Positions 1 to 9,091 of a DNA stretch of 64,000 nucleotides are shown piece by piece; position 1 is the first letter of the stretch; every line of letters starts with the position of its first letter. Source of the DNA: a virus; the IMG/VR virus record IMGVR_UViG_3300036785_000296, positions 10,005 to 74,004 of that record, one strand, 5' to 3'. The position numbers and the translations under genes are program-made. The notes beneath the pieces are model-generated. The model saw only the letters and a list, made by a program, of their open reading frames with translations, had not been told where the DNA came from and searched no databases.

Positions 1-208
1 CCGCCTCGGCCATCGTCTTCTGCGCCGACCAGAGGAAGCCGTAGAGGTGCTCGAACACGAAGCCGACCGGGTCGTGCTGATAGACCAGCAGCTTAGAGGT
101 CTTCTCCCTCCGCCTCCGGTCCTGCTCCGCCCTCGCCGCCGCCAGCACTGCCTGCGCGCGCTGCAAAGTCAGCGAGCCGGTCGATGAAGTTGGATAGCTG
201 AGCGTCAC
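1..208 (-). CDS. terL: Terminase large subunit, N-terminal fragment (runs off left edge)
   Basis: Manual translation from GTG 208 (or TTG 166): ...RRREKTSKLLVYQHDPVGFVFEHLYGFLWSAQKTMAEA; Y..DP..F...W..Q is typical of TerL N-termini; overlaps 3' end of terS. Confidence 0.7.
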   Translation of the reverse strand, partial: MTLSYPTSSTGSLTLQRAQAVLAAARAEQDRRRREKTSKLLVYQHDPVGFVFEHLYGFLWSAQKTMAEA

Positions 209-638
209 TGAGGCTCTCGAACCGAAGCGGGATGGCGCCGCCATCTTCGCCCGTGTGCCGCTGCGTTGTCACCCTCCCGAAGCGCTTCGGCTGCTTGTGC
301 GCCGTCGTCCACTTGATCGCGTCGATGGCCACCCGCGCCGCGTTGGCGTCGATCTTCCCCTGCGAGGTCAGGTAGGTGATGCGCTCGGCTTTCTCGGCAT
401 CGCTGAGCGCGCTGTACTCCTTCGCGCGCAGGTACATGTCCGCGAACTCAGGGTGCGCGTCCATCCACTGGTAGACGGTGGACCGCCCCGGCATGTCGTC
501 GTCATCGTTGCAGATCGTCCAGAGGTCTCTGCCCTGACGCAGGCGGCTGCACAGCTCTTCGGCTAGCTCTGGGGTGTAGGTGGTGGGCGCCCCTGGCCTA
601 CGCTTCTCGGCGAACGGATCGAACGGCTTCTTGGCCAT
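93..638 (-). CDS. terS: Terminase small subunit (Sf6 gp1-like HTH)
   Basis: GAPTTYTPELAEELCSRL..G....IC....MP..STVY.W....PEF...Y..A motif; directly upstream of TerL. Confidence 0.85.
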   Translation of the reverse strand: MAKKPFDPFAEKRRPGAPTTYTPELAEELCSRLRQGRDLWTICNDDDDMPGRSTVYQWMDAHPEFADMYLRAKEYSALSDAEKAERITYLTSQGKIDANAARVAIDAIKWTTAHKQPKRFGRVTTQRHTGEDGGAIPLRFESLSDAQLSNFIDRLADFAARAGSAGGGEGGAGPEAEGEDL

Positions 639-653
639 GTGGGGCGAAAGAGC

Positions 654-683
654 GGGGCGACGCCGGGAATGGAGCGCCGCCCC
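654..683 (-). terminator. 10-bp GC stem-loop with weak U tract just upstream of terS
   Basis: Minus strand GGGGCGGCGC-loop-GCGTCGCCCC then GCTCTTTC. Confidence 0.35.
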
Positions 684-713
684 CAGTTTATCGCAGCACG
701 CGGGGGTGCGCTG

Positions 714-842
714 CTAGTCCTTGTCGGCGGCCTGGGCCTCTTCGGCCTCTTCGTGTTCGTCCGCCTCGTCGGCCTGGGCCTCGACCTTCTCGTCTTCGAC
801 CTTCGGCTCTTCGTGATGCTCGGCGTCGTGGGTGTCGCTCAT
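714..842 (-). CDS. Small acidic hypothetical protein (42 aa)
   Basis: MSDTHDAEHHEEPKVEDEK...; purine-rich GGAAGGA RBS before ATG 842. Confidence 0.5.
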   Translation of the reverse strand: MSDTHDAEHHEEPKVEDEKVEAQADEADEHEEAEEAQAADKD

Positions 843-1096
843 GGTCGTCCTTCCTGCGTCACGGGTGCTGATCCGGCGCGCCTTGTCCTGCCTCAAGCGA
901 CGCTTGAGCGCGGCGTCCTCCAGCCTTCGCTGGTCTGGCGAGCGCCGATCCCCCATAGCCCAGGCCCCAAAGAGCCCCCGGCCGGTTGCGATGGGCCGGG
1001 AGCCAAGTTGGTCGATCAAGTCGTAGTCGGAACCTCCGACCGCCCCATGAAGACCGGCCGAAGGTCCAGCCACGCTCACGCTTTCTGATATCGTTG

Positions 1097-2032
1097 TCAA
1101 GCGCGCCGCCGCTGATGGACATCGTTCCAGTCGCCCTTGTCCTCGTCGGGCAGACGCACGATCACCCTGACCTTCTGGCCGCGCGCGACACGCCGCGCCA
1201 GATCGTAGGTCGCGCCCTCGCCGGTGTAGTAGGGCGGCCCGTCGCGGTCGCCGTAGATATGCAGCAGCCTGCACTCGGGCGGCGGCTCCCAGTTCGCCAG
1301 ATGATGCGCGTCGAGCGCCGCCCAGGTCGGGATGCCAAACATCTTCGTGCAGCTCAGCGCGGTCTCGACGCCCTCGCTGACGCCCATCTCTTCGGCCACT
1401 GGAGCGAGGCGCACCGCCCCGCCCACCGGGAAGTCGCCCTTCGTGGTGATCTTGGCCTCCTCCAACGGCGCCTTGCGACCTTCGGGGGTCAGCAGCACTG
1501 TCTGGAGCTGTAGCGCTCGCAAGCCATCCGCGCTCAGCACGCGCGCGATCAGCGCGGACCATCGCGCCCCTGCCCACTCATATGTCCCCGCCCGCAACTC
1601 TCTCGGGTACGAGCCCTTCGTGTCGCAGCGGTAGTCGAGATATTGACCAGCAACAGACCCCGGCTCAATCGGCACCGTGTTCTTCCACATCCTGGCGCGG
1701 GCCAGTCGCCAGACCTCCGCATCTGTGGGCGTGCGTAGCGTCGGTGCTGTCATCGGTGCGATCCCTGCTGCCTTGATGATCTCCTCGACGGCGGTCCAGT
1801 AGTCACAGCCAAGCCTGTCCATCACCAGCTTGAGCGGCTTCCCGGCGCCGCAGTGCGTGCATATCCACGTCCCGGTGCCGTCCTTGTCATCGAAGCGGAA
1901 CGAGGTCTTGGCGTCGCAGAGCGGGCAGGGGCCGTGCTTGTTTCGCAGCAGCGCGCCGTCGAAGCCTGCGGCGATGGGCAGGATGTCGCGCCAGCGCCCG
2001 TTCAGGGTGTCGAGATCAATGTGCTGCCTCAC
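1097..2032 (-). CDS. DNA primase (P4-alpha-type zinc-binding domain + TOPRIM)
   Basis: KHGPCPLC...FRFDDKDGTGTWICTHCGAG zinc ribbon; EGVETALS and GDRD/DWND TOPRIM motifs; GTG 2032 preceded by GAAGGAG. Confidence 0.88.
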   Translation of the reverse strand: MRQHIDLDTLNGRWRDILPIAAGFDGALLRNKHGPCPLCDAKTSFRFDDKDGTGTWICTHCGAGKPLKLVMDRLGCDYWTAVEEIIKAAGIAPMTAPTLRTPTDAEVWRLARARMWKNTVPIEPGSVAGQYLDYRCDTKGSYPRELRAGTYEWAGARWSALIARVLSADGLRALQLQTVLLTPEGRKAPLEEAKITTKGDFPVGGAVRLAPVAEEMGVSEGVETALSCTKMFGIPTWAALDAHHLANWEPPPECRLLHIYGDRDGPPYYTGEGATYDLARRVARGQKVRVIVRLPDEDKGDWNDVHQRRRA

Positions 2033-3524
2033 GGCGCTCCTTCTCCTTCGCCCGGCGGATGTTGCGGCTCTTGACCCACGAGCGCACGAAGGGCTCGATT
2101 TCGGTGGCTGGCGCGACCTCCCGAACGCGACTGTCGTTCGGCCAGACGCCGTACTTCTCCCTGTAGCTGTGCGCCCACCATCCCGGCTTGTAGCCAAGCT
2201 CGATCTCGAAGGCCTTGAGCCCGGCGGCCCAGGCGGCCTTCTCGGTCCACGGCGCCTCCTTGTTCGTCTTCTTGCGCGTCAGCTCGCTCAGCTCGCCGTC
2301 CTGCACCTCCACGTCGCGCGCCTGCGGCGTGGGCTCGAACCCGCACTCCAGGCAGCGCTTGGCGAACTTCGGCAGCAGCGCCGTGCAGTTCGGGTTGCTG
2401 CACTCGCGCGGCAGCGAGGGCTTCTTCTCGACCTCCTCCTTCCGGGGCGTGCCGTCGTGCAGGCGCGTGTGGTGGATTTCGTCGGGGAAGCCGAGCCGCA
2501 GGATCGAGTCCGAGTGGTCGAGGATCAGCAGCTCGTCCTTCGACGGATGCGTGCGAAGGCCCCGGCCCATGATCTGCACCAGCAGCATCTCGCTCTTCGT
2601 CGGCCGCGCCAGCACGATGCAGGCGATGGTCGGCCAGTCGATGCCCACCGTCAGCGTGGCGATGTTGCAGACCACCTCGACCTCGCCGCTGGCGAAGCCC
2701 TTCCTGATCTCCTCGCGCCGCCACTTCGGCGTGCCGCCGTCCTGATAGGCGACCCTGACGCCCGCGCCCGAGAACTGGCGGTGCAGCGAGAGGGCGTGCG
2801 CCCGGTCCACGCCGAACACCAGGGTCGGCATCCCCTTGCCACGCTGGAGCCACGTCGAGACCACGTCCGCCGTGATCGAGCCGCGCTGCATCGCCTCACT
2901 GAGCTGACCCTCCACGTAGTCCGGACCATGCGTGGTCGATGCCGTCTTGACGCCGCTGAGATCGGGATGGCTGGGCGCGAACACCCTGAACTTGCATAGG
3001 CGGCCGACACGGATCAGGTCCGCCGTCGTCGCCGAGACGATCAGGGCGTTGAACCAGCGGCCCAGTCCGTTCGACCAGGGCGTTGCCGAGAGCCCGATCA
3101 CCGGCGTCTCCAGCCAGTCCTCGATGATCCGCTTGATCACGAGAAACTGCTCGTGGCACTCGTCCACCAGGATCAGGTCCGGCCGCCGCAGCTTGTCGAG
3201 CTTCAGGCCCATCAGCGTCTTCACGCTGACCACCTGAACCGGCTGGGCGTAGTCGGTCATCTGGTGAGACGCCTGCATGACACCGACGCAGCCCCGAACG
3301 CCCTCCTCCCAGAGCATCCGCACCGTCTGGTCGATCAGGTCGATGCGCGGGACCGTGATCCAGACCCGCCGACCCCTCTCCAGCGCGCTCTCCACGATCT
3401 TCGCCGCCAGGACGCCCTTGCCGTAGCCCGTGGGCGCCATCAGCACCGGCCGCGTCCGCTTCTCGCTCAAGGCGAGCCGAAGCTTGTCCATCGCCACCTG
3501 CTGGTAACCGTAGAGGGCCCGCAT
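2016..3524 (-). CDS. SF2 DEAD/DEAH-box helicase (RadD/YejH-like) with C-terminal Zn finger
   Basis: APTGYGKG, DECH, GLSATP, QIMGRGLR motifs; C..C / C..CG C-terminal. Confidence 0.92.
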   Translation of the reverse strand: MRALYGYQQVAMDKLRLALSEKRTRPVLMAPTGYGKGVLAAKIVESALERGRRVWITVPRIDLIDQTVRMLWEEGVRGCVGVMQASHQMTDYAQPVQVVSVKTLMGLKLDKLRRPDLILVDECHEQFLVIKRIIEDWLETPVIGLSATPWSNGLGRWFNALIVSATTADLIRVGRLCKFRVFAPSHPDLSGVKTASTTHGPDYVEGQLSEAMQRGSITADVVSTWLQRGKGMPTLVFGVDRAHALSLHRQFSGAGVRVAYQDGGTPKWRREEIRKGFASGEVEVVCNIATLTVGIDWPTIACIVLARPTKSEMLLVQIMGRGLRTHPSKDELLILDHSDSILRLGFPDEIHHTRLHDGTPRKEEVEKKPSLPRECSNPNCTALLPKFAKRCLECGFEPTPQARDVEVQDGELSELTRKKTNKEAPWTEKAAWAAGLKAFEIELGYKPGWWAHSYREKYGVWPNDSRVREVAPATEIEPFVRSWVKSRNIRRAKEKERREAAH

Positions 3525-4090
3525 GGCTCAGCTTGCCTCGCCCCTAGCACTCTTCCTGAGAGACCCAGACAAACCGCTGGCCAATGGACAGACATCCTGG
3601 CCTTGAGAGGTTGTCCTCCACGCATGTCGGGCATGAGGGTTCGTTCGAGCGCCCATCCTGGGTCCCTCGCTGTCTGTCGCTTTTTCAGGGGAAGCTGGCG
3701 ATGTACCCAGCGCGGCCTAGGCCTCGGCGCGCGCCTCGAAATGCGAGCAGCCGACTACGGCGGCCGGGGCTCTCCGGACGATGCGTCGGCGGACAATCTG
3801 TGGATAGCCTGTGCGAAAAGTGAGGAGAGGCCCTCTTGACCCGGTCCCGTTTCGCTGTCTAGGCTTGGTGTCACGTTGGTCTCGTCGCTGTCACAGGCGA
3901 TATCAACTAGGCGGTGCCGGGGTCGGTTCAGGACCCCGCCCGCCGCTCAACTTCCCCCCGAAACAGCAGCTCGCGCAAGCCCCCTTGCGATCACGATTTG
4001 CGACAACAGGCTGAGCCGCCGTGCGCGCGCCAGGAGCCTTGCTGCGCAGCACGGGTACGAGGACACCAGCGCCCCGCCCCTCGTAGATTG

Positions 4091-4100
4091 GTCTAATACC
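4091..4100 (+). repeat. Dispersed motif GTCTAATACC copy 1 (intergenic, next to promoter)
   Basis: Exact 10-mer also at 28452(-), 47043, 53933, 63762. Confidence 0.8.
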
Positions 4101-4102
4101 TA

Positions 4103-4135
4103 CTTGATATCAAACCGTGTCGCTGCCATATGTGA
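4103..4135 (+). promoter_or_regulatory. Putative sigma70 promoter for rightward genes, overlapping GATATC
   Basis: CTTGAT...CATATG immediately before ATG 4139 (possibly leaderless). Confidence 0.45.
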
Positions 4136-4138
4136 TTT

Positions 4139-4558
4139 ATGTCAGACGAACACACCTACGAACACAATCGCGTGTGCGCCCAGTGCGGCAAGCCGATCCC
4201 CGACGAGCGCGCCAAGCGCGTCCTCTACTGCGACAAGGTCTGCAAGCGGGCCTTCCACAACGTCAGCCAGTGTCGCGGCCAGGAGATCATGGCGTTCCTC
4301 GAAGCGCAGCGCAGGCACTGCCGCGCCAAGTCGGGCAAGAACTCGGAGCACTACGAAATCCAGAAGTTCGCGCGCCAGCAAGTTGCCGAGCTTCTCGCCG
4401 ACTACCTGCGGGCGGACAAGCTCAGCGGCCGGGACGCCAGCCTGATCGTGAGGGCGCGGATGGAAGAGGGCGTGCTGGTCATGGACAAGCGCCGCCGCCA
4501 GGATCGGCCGCAGCTCAGCTCGAAGCCCTGGTTCATGGAGAAGGAGCAGAGCGCATGA
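4139..4558 (+). CDS. Zinc-finger protein
   Basis: CAQC...YCDKVC motif. Confidence 0.65.
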   Translation: MSDEHTYEHNRVCAQCGKPIPDERAKRVLYCDKVCKRAFHNVSQCRGQEIMAFLEAQRRHCRAKSGKNSEHYEIQKFARQQVAELLADYLRADKLSGRDASLIVRARMEEGVLVMDKRRRQDRPQLSSKPWFMEKEQSA

Positions 4559-4752
4559 GCAGGGAGAAGCCCATCGCGTGGCTGATCCGCGAGGACTTCG
4601 GCGTCAACCGCCCGCGCGTGATGGCGGGCAAGATGTACGTCAGCGAGGACGCGGCCAGGGCGGCGGCGGTGCGGCTGACCAACCGGCACCGGCTCTGCAC
4701 CGCGTTCCCGGTGTTCAACCCGACGCCCAAGCAGTTGGGGTGGGTCACATGA
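4555..4752 (+). CDS. Hypothetical protein
   Basis: ATGA overlap, AAGGAG RBS. Confidence 0.6.
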   Translation: MSREKPIAWLIREDFGVNRPRVMAGKMYVSEDAARAAAVRLTNRHRLCTAFPVFNPTPKQLGWVT

Positions 4753-4973
4753 AGGGCTGGGCCGTCGCCGAGGCCCAGCACGGGATCGTCGTCAACTCGG
4801 TGGCCGACAGCCGGCGCAGCGCCATCGTCAACTGGTTCGCCGTCAGCGGGCCGCGCGTGGTGACGCTCGACTCGGCGACCGACGAACAGATCGAGGGGGT
4901 GTGGCGCAGGCTCGCGCCGCGCTATGGGGCAGAGGTCATCGAGGTCGAGGTCACCCCATGCCACCTGAACTGA
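4749..4973 (+). CDS. Hypothetical protein
   Basis: ATGA overlap with previous gene. Confidence 0.6.
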   Translation: MKGWAVAEAQHGIVVNSVADSRRSAIVNWFAVSGPRVVTLDSATDEQIEGVWRRLAPRYGAEVIEVEVTPCHLN

Positions 4974-5617
4974 ACGCGGCGATCCGTGGCATCCCGATGC
5001 CGGAGCTGATGCAGAAGCTGCCCGTCGATGAGCGCGGCTTCCCGGTCCCGTGGTTCGTGGCGTGGTTCGGGGACAAGCCCGACTTCCGGGTCGCGGACGA
5101 GCGCAAGTGGTTCGTGGCGATCAAGAAGGACCGCTGCTGGCTCTGCGGTGGGCCGCTGGGCAGGCTCAAGGTCTCGGTGATCGGGCCGATGTGTACGATC
5201 AGCCGCTCGACCGCCGAGCCGCCGTGCCACCCAGGCTGCGCCCGCTACGCGGTGATGACCTGTCCGTTCATGACCAAGCCCCGGATGCGCCGCAACGAGA
5301 AGGACTTGCCCGAGGAGCGCCAGCCGCCGGGCGGCGTGATGATCGAGCGGAACCCCGGCGTGATCGCGCTCTGGGCCTCGCTGCGGATGAGCAAGATGTT
5401 CGACGCGGGCGACAAACGCCTGCTGCTGGAGGTCGGCTCGCCCCACTACGTCGAGTGGTACAGCCAGGGCAGGCTCGCGACGCGCAAGGAGTGCATGGAG
5501 GCGATCCAGTCAGGCCTGCCGCTGCTGCGCGCCGAGGCCGAGCGCGATGGCGACGAAGGGATCGCGGCGCTCGGGCGGATGACGCTTGAGACGATCTCAA
5601 TGCTGCCGGGAACCTGA
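4958..5617 (+). CDS. Conserved phage Cys-rich hypothetical protein
   Basis: RGFPVPWFV, CWLCG, EPPCH..CA.YA...CPF motifs; GAGG RBS. Confidence 0.7.
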   Translation: MPPELNAAIRGIPMPELMQKLPVDERGFPVPWFVAWFGDKPDFRVADERKWFVAIKKDRCWLCGGPLGRLKVSVIGPMCTISRSTAEPPCHPGCARYAVMTCPFMTKPRMRRNEKDLPEERQPPGGVMIERNPGVIALWASLRMSKMFDAGDKRLLLEVGSPHYVEWYSQGRLATRKECMEAIQSGLPLLRAEAERDGDEGIAALGRMTLETISMLPGT

Positions 5618-5618
5618 G

Positions 5619-5804
5619 ATGGCGTTCACCACCCCCGAGCTGATCCGCGAGATCAGGCGCGAGCTGAAGCAGCGCGAGCGGGTTTACCCCAGGCTGGTCG
5701 CCCAGCACACGCTGAGCCAACAGCTCGCCGACGAGCAGATCGCCAAGATGCAAGCGGTGCTGGCGATCCTGCTCAAGCTGGACGAGGCCGAGCGGCTGAT
5801 ATGA
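5619..5804 (+). CDS. Small conserved phage protein
   Basis: REL..RERVYPRLV motif; tight packing. Confidence 0.65.
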   Translation: MAFTTPELIREIRRELKQRERVYPRLVAQHTLSQQLADEQIAKMQAVLAILLKLDEAERLI

Positions 5805-6031
5805 AGCTGGTCTGGGTCTACCGCGCGCCGGGCGGCTGGAGCATCCGGCGTCAGTCCGATGGCGCGTATCTGCTGAGACGGGATAGCCGCTACGGCGCGC
5901 TCACCACCGAGCTGAAGAGCCTGCCGGCCGCTAAGCTGGAGGCGCAGCGCATCGCCGATCAGGAAGACCCCGAGGATGCGCGGAAGCGGCGTCGGGCTCG
6001 GGCTTGGCGCCCCCGCAAAGCGAGGCCGTGA
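5801..6031 (+). CDS. Hypothetical protein
   Basis: ATGA overlap. Confidence 0.55.
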   Translation: MKLVWVYRAPGGWSIRRQSDGAYLLRRDSRYGALTTELKSLPAAKLEAQRIADQEDPEDARKRRRARAWRPRKARP

Positions 6032-6195
6032 TGGGACGCAAGGTGCATCGGGGCGTGATGATCGAGCATGAGCCGCCGCTGATGCGGCGCGAGGACAAGA
6101 AGCCGCCGCCGCCCGGCGACCGCGTGCTGAAGGGCAAGGACGGCTCGAAGTACTTCATCGACGGCGCGTCGGGGCGCGTGACGAAACTGAGCTAG
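6031..6195 (+). CDS. Hypothetical protein
   Basis: TGATG coupling; stop shares CTAG with convergent gene. Confidence 0.5.
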   Translation: MGRKVHRGVMIEHEPPLMRREDKKPPPPGDRVLKGKDGSKYFIDGASGRVTKLS

Positions 6196-6428
6196 AGCCA
6201 GCTATCCTTGATCGACTTGCCGCTCACCATGATCACCGGCGCTCGGTAGGCCCGGCCCATGTGAAAGGCGCAGTAGTTGGCGATGCCGCAGGGTCGGCCG
6301 CAGAAGCCGAAGCCCGGCATGCTCGGCGTGCCGATGGGCCACTTGCAGACGCCGCGCCGCAAGCTCTCGACGCTGGCGATGGTGGGCGTCAGCTCCGGCG
6401 CCAGCGGCTGGAGGAGCTTGCCGGACAA
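6192..6428 (-). CDS. GcrA-like protein, C-terminal (sigma70-interacting, Cys/His) domain only
   Basis: CKWPIG.P....FGFCG......YC.FH...AY signature of GcrA C-terminus; TTG start with GAGG RBS right after the resolvase stop. Confidence 0.78.
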   Translation of the reverse strand: MSGKLLQPLAPELTPTIASVESLRRGVCKWPIGTPSMPGFGFCGRPCGIANYCAFHMGRAYRAPVIMVSGKSIKDSWL

Positions 6429-6429
6429 C

Positions 6430-6936
6430 TCAGCCTCGCAACTTGAACGCTGGCCGGAACTGCATCGCCGCCTCCGGGGCCAACAATCGAAGAGTGGAGA
6501 GCCATACGCCGAAAGCATCGGCCTCGTCGTGGTAAGAGATGGTGAGCCCGTACTGCTGCGCCGCCGCCACCATCTCGGGCTTCGAGGCACGCCCGCCGCC
6601 GGTCAGCGCGATCTTCACCTGTTGGGGCGACACGCGGCGGCAGGGCATCTTCTGCTCGCGGCAGACGAGGCCGGTGATCGCCTGGAGGCCGAAGGTGATC
6701 TCCACCGACGCATGGCTGGTGAAGCGCGCCAGGACCGGGCGCTCCCAGACGATGAGGGTCGGGTGGAAGTCGCGGACGACGCCGGTCAGCCAGTGGTGGT
6801 GCGCCTCGAAGAACGGCTCAAGCTCGGCGCCGCCGCCGCGATGCGGGTTCTGCCGCGAACCCACGGCTGGGAGGCGGCTTCCGTCGCCGACACACCAACC
6901 TGTTCGAGTACCATGATCCAATGCGAGCAGTCTCAA
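6430..6936 (-). CDS. RuvC-like Holliday junction resolvase
   Basis: LALDHGTRTGW, IVWERP, GRASK, HDEADAFGVW catalytic motifs. Confidence 0.85.
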   Translation of the reverse strand: MRLLALDHGTRTGWCVGDGSRLPAVGSRQNPHRGGGAELEPFFEAHHHWLTGVVRDFHPTLIVWERPVLARFTSHASVEITFGLQAITGLVCREQKMPCRRVSPQQVKIALTGGGRASKPEMVAAAQQYGLTISYHDEADAFGVWLSTLRLLAPEAAMQFRPAFKLRG

Positions 6937-7436
6937 GCGACCCTCGCGAACTCCCGGTGATGCTCCTGCGCGGCGGCGACATAGGCCGCGTGCGCCGCTT
7001 CAGCGGTCTTGAAGTAGCCGAGCCAGAGACGCTTGCCGGGAGCGATCCGTATCTGGGCCTGATAGACGCCGCGCCACGCGACGAAGGTCACGCCCTTGAA
7101 GCCCGACGTATTGCCGGGCATGCGGCCCTTGTTCTGACCGTTCTGCGACTTGGTCGCCTCGCGCAGGTTGGCCCAGCGGTTGTTGAGCGTGTCGGCGTCG
7201 TCGTGATCGGCCTCCGGGTCCGGCCACCGTCCCGTCATGTAGAAGAACGCCAGCCGGTGGGCACGATACTGGCGCCCATCGATACCGATCACCCAGTAGG
7301 TCTGGTTGTGGCCGCGCCAGAGGCCGCCTGCCTCGCAGCCACGCAGGCCCGGCTGCCCCCGCAGCCATGTGAACACGCCCGTCTCCGGGTCGTAGTGCAG
7401 CAGCCGCTTCAGCCGAACCTGCGTGAGGCCCGTCAC
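6933..7436 (-). CDS. HNH-AP2 homing endonuclease
   Basis: YDPETGVFTW, AHRLAF, DH.D....NNRWANLRE, NTSGFKGV, LGYF.TAEAAH.AY. Confidence 0.9.
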   Translation of the reverse strand: MTGLTQVRLKRLLHYDPETGVFTWLRGQPGLRGCEAGGLWRGHNQTYWVIGIDGRQYRAHRLAFFYMTGRWPDPEADHDDADTLNNRWANLREATKSQNGQNKGRMPGNTSGFKGVTFVAWRGVYQAQIRIAPGKRLWLGYFKTAEAAHAAYVAAAQEHHREFARVA

Positions 7437-7942
7437 GACACCGGACGGAGCTTGGTGGCGTTCGCTTCCTGGCTACGGTTCCATCCTGACATCCAGTCGG
7501 TCATGCGCTCGGGCGGGCAATCGGATGGCGGCTTGCCGACCGCGCCCTTGCCGGTGGTGCCTGCCAGGAACCCACGCAGCTCCCAGTCGGCTCTGGCGCG
7601 CTCGGTCGGTTCCATCTCGGGGAACAGCTCGATCTGCGCCTCTTCGGGCCGCTTCGGCAGCAGCTCGGCCAAGTCCATGTAGCGCAGCAAGGTCTCGATG
7701 AAGTCCCTGATCTCCTGCGGCTCCCAGGTCAGCATCTCCATGATCTGGTCGGCGTGCTGCAACTCGATGCCCGCCGCCTTGGCCTCCTTGCGGATTTTCT
7801 TGCGGTCGGCGAGCGAGAGGTCGCGCTTGCCGTCCGCCTCGATCATCCGCTTCAGGTGACGGCGGAAGACGTCCTGCGTGATCCCGTTGGTGTCGTCGCC
7901 CATCGGCAGCTCGCGGTCGTCTTCGCTCAGCTCTCTGGCCAT
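7433..7942 (-). CDS. GapR/DUF2312-like nucleoid protein fused to RMF-like C-terminal motif
   Basis: DRKKIRKEAKAAGI...LLRY (GapR-like) and GFLAG..GK......CP......W.SGW (RMF-like); GGAGAG RBS. Confidence 0.55.
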   Translation of the reverse strand: MARELSEDDRELPMGDDTNGITQDVFRRHLKRMIEADGKRDLSLADRKKIRKEAKAAGIELQHADQIMEMLTWEPQEIRDFIETLLRYMDLAELLPKRPEEAQIELFPEMEPTERARADWELRGFLAGTTGKGAVGKPPSDCPPERMTDWMSGWNRSQEANATKLRPVS

Positions 7943-8030
7943 GTCGCTCTCCGGGTTTGGCCCCCGCGCAATGTCGCGCCGCAGCCGGGCGCCGTCCACG
8001 CATCAAGGGCACGGCTCCACAGTTTATTTT

Positions 8031-8070
8031 GATATCGTCATTGACAGAAGTGATGTCACAAACCTATGTG
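8031..8070 (+). promoter_or_regulatory. sigma70-type promoter with upstream GATATC and internal inverted repeat GTGA-TG-TCAC
   Basis: TTGACA 8041-8046, CTATGT 8064-8069; AT-rich divergent intergenic region. Confidence 0.65.
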
Positions 8071-8097
8071 ATCGCACATGAGCAGCGGAGCACCGAT

Positions 8098-8763
8098 GTG
8101 AGCGACGAGAGCGAGCCGACCTTCAAGGACACGCCCGAACAGGTGGACCCGATCCGCCACGCGGGCCGCACCATCATCATCACGAAGACGGGCGAGCGCG
8201 CCCTGCTGATCGGCGGCACCGGCAGGCCCGGCTGGGTGGCGGCCTCGACCGAGTTCAGCAGACACATCATGCGCCACTACGCGGTGGAGGACGTGACGCT
8301 GGCGCCGGCCCGCGAGTACGGGCGCAAGGGCTACGATCTGAGGGAAGACCTCACCCCGATCATGACCGGCCTGACGGCGGTGCCGAACTTCAAGCCCCAC
8401 GAGGGCGACCCACTGGACTTCCTGAACGGCCTGACGCTGGGCGGCCAGTGGACGGCGCCCAACGCGGGCTACGCCAAGGTCTACCACGAGGGCCAGGAGC
8501 ACAGCGGCTGGGCGAAGTACTTCCTCCGCACGACGCAGGGCGGCCAGTTCGACGGCACCGGCGACGTGATCATCTACGCCTCGCCGCGCTGGTCGAAGGA
8601 CGCGGCGGGCAAGCAGATCAAGAGCGGCGGCGCGATCATCGGCCACTTCGCGATCTGCAAGCACGAGAAGGTCGAACACGCGGGTGCGAACCATCGGCGC
8701 GGCTGGCATCCTGGCCATTGTTCCAAGTGCGGTCTCGACCTGACCGTGGACAGCGGAGACTGA
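8098..8763 (+). CDS. Hypothetical protein with C-terminal C..H / C..C motif
   Basis: GTG start after GGAG; GC-rich third codon positions. Confidence 0.65.
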   Translation: MSDESEPTFKDTPEQVDPIRHAGRTIIITKTGERALLIGGTGRPGWVAASTEFSRHIMRHYAVEDVTLAPAREYGRKGYDLREDLTPIMTGLTAVPNFKPHEGDPLDFLNGLTLGGQWTAPNAGYAKVYHEGQEHSGWAKYFLRTTQGGQFDGTGDVIIYASPRWSKDAAGKQIKSGGAIIGHFAICKHEKVEHAGANHRRGWHPGHCSKCGLDLTVDSGD

Positions 8764-8764
8764 A

Positions 8765-9091
8765 ATGCCCAGACCGACTGCCGCCGAGCGCGACAAGCAC
8801 CTCACCCGCGAGGAGCGCGAGTTCCGCAAGAAGCGGGCCGAGCTGGAGGCCTACCAAGACCTCCGCGACGACGTGATCACCCTGGTCGCCAACTCGAACT
8901 TCACCTTCGAGGCGATCCACGCCGCCTGCGGGCCGCACCCCTCGACGCTGAAGAAGTGGGACGCCAAGGATGTCGACAAGCCGCAGCTCGGCAAGATGCG
9001 CTCGACGCTGCGGATCATCGGCTACGACATCGGCATCATCGAGCGCGGCGCGTCGAACGTCGTGGCGCTGCGGAGGGAGAGCGCAGCGTGA
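8765..9091 (+). CDS. XRE/Cro-like HTH regulator
   Basis: TFEAIHAACGPHPSTLKKW....DKPQLGKM...L..IG pattern. Confidence 0.55.
   Translation: MPRPTAAERDKHLTREEREFRKKRAELEAYQDLRDDVITLVANSNFTFEAIHAACGPHPSTLKKWDAKDVDKPQLGKMRSTLRIIGYDIGIIERGASNVVALRRESAA

Noticed and set aside
843-1096. Upstream extension of the 42-aa acidic ORF
   Set aside because: No clear RBS or start; region holds a minus-strand TTGACA and GATATC and may be regulatory
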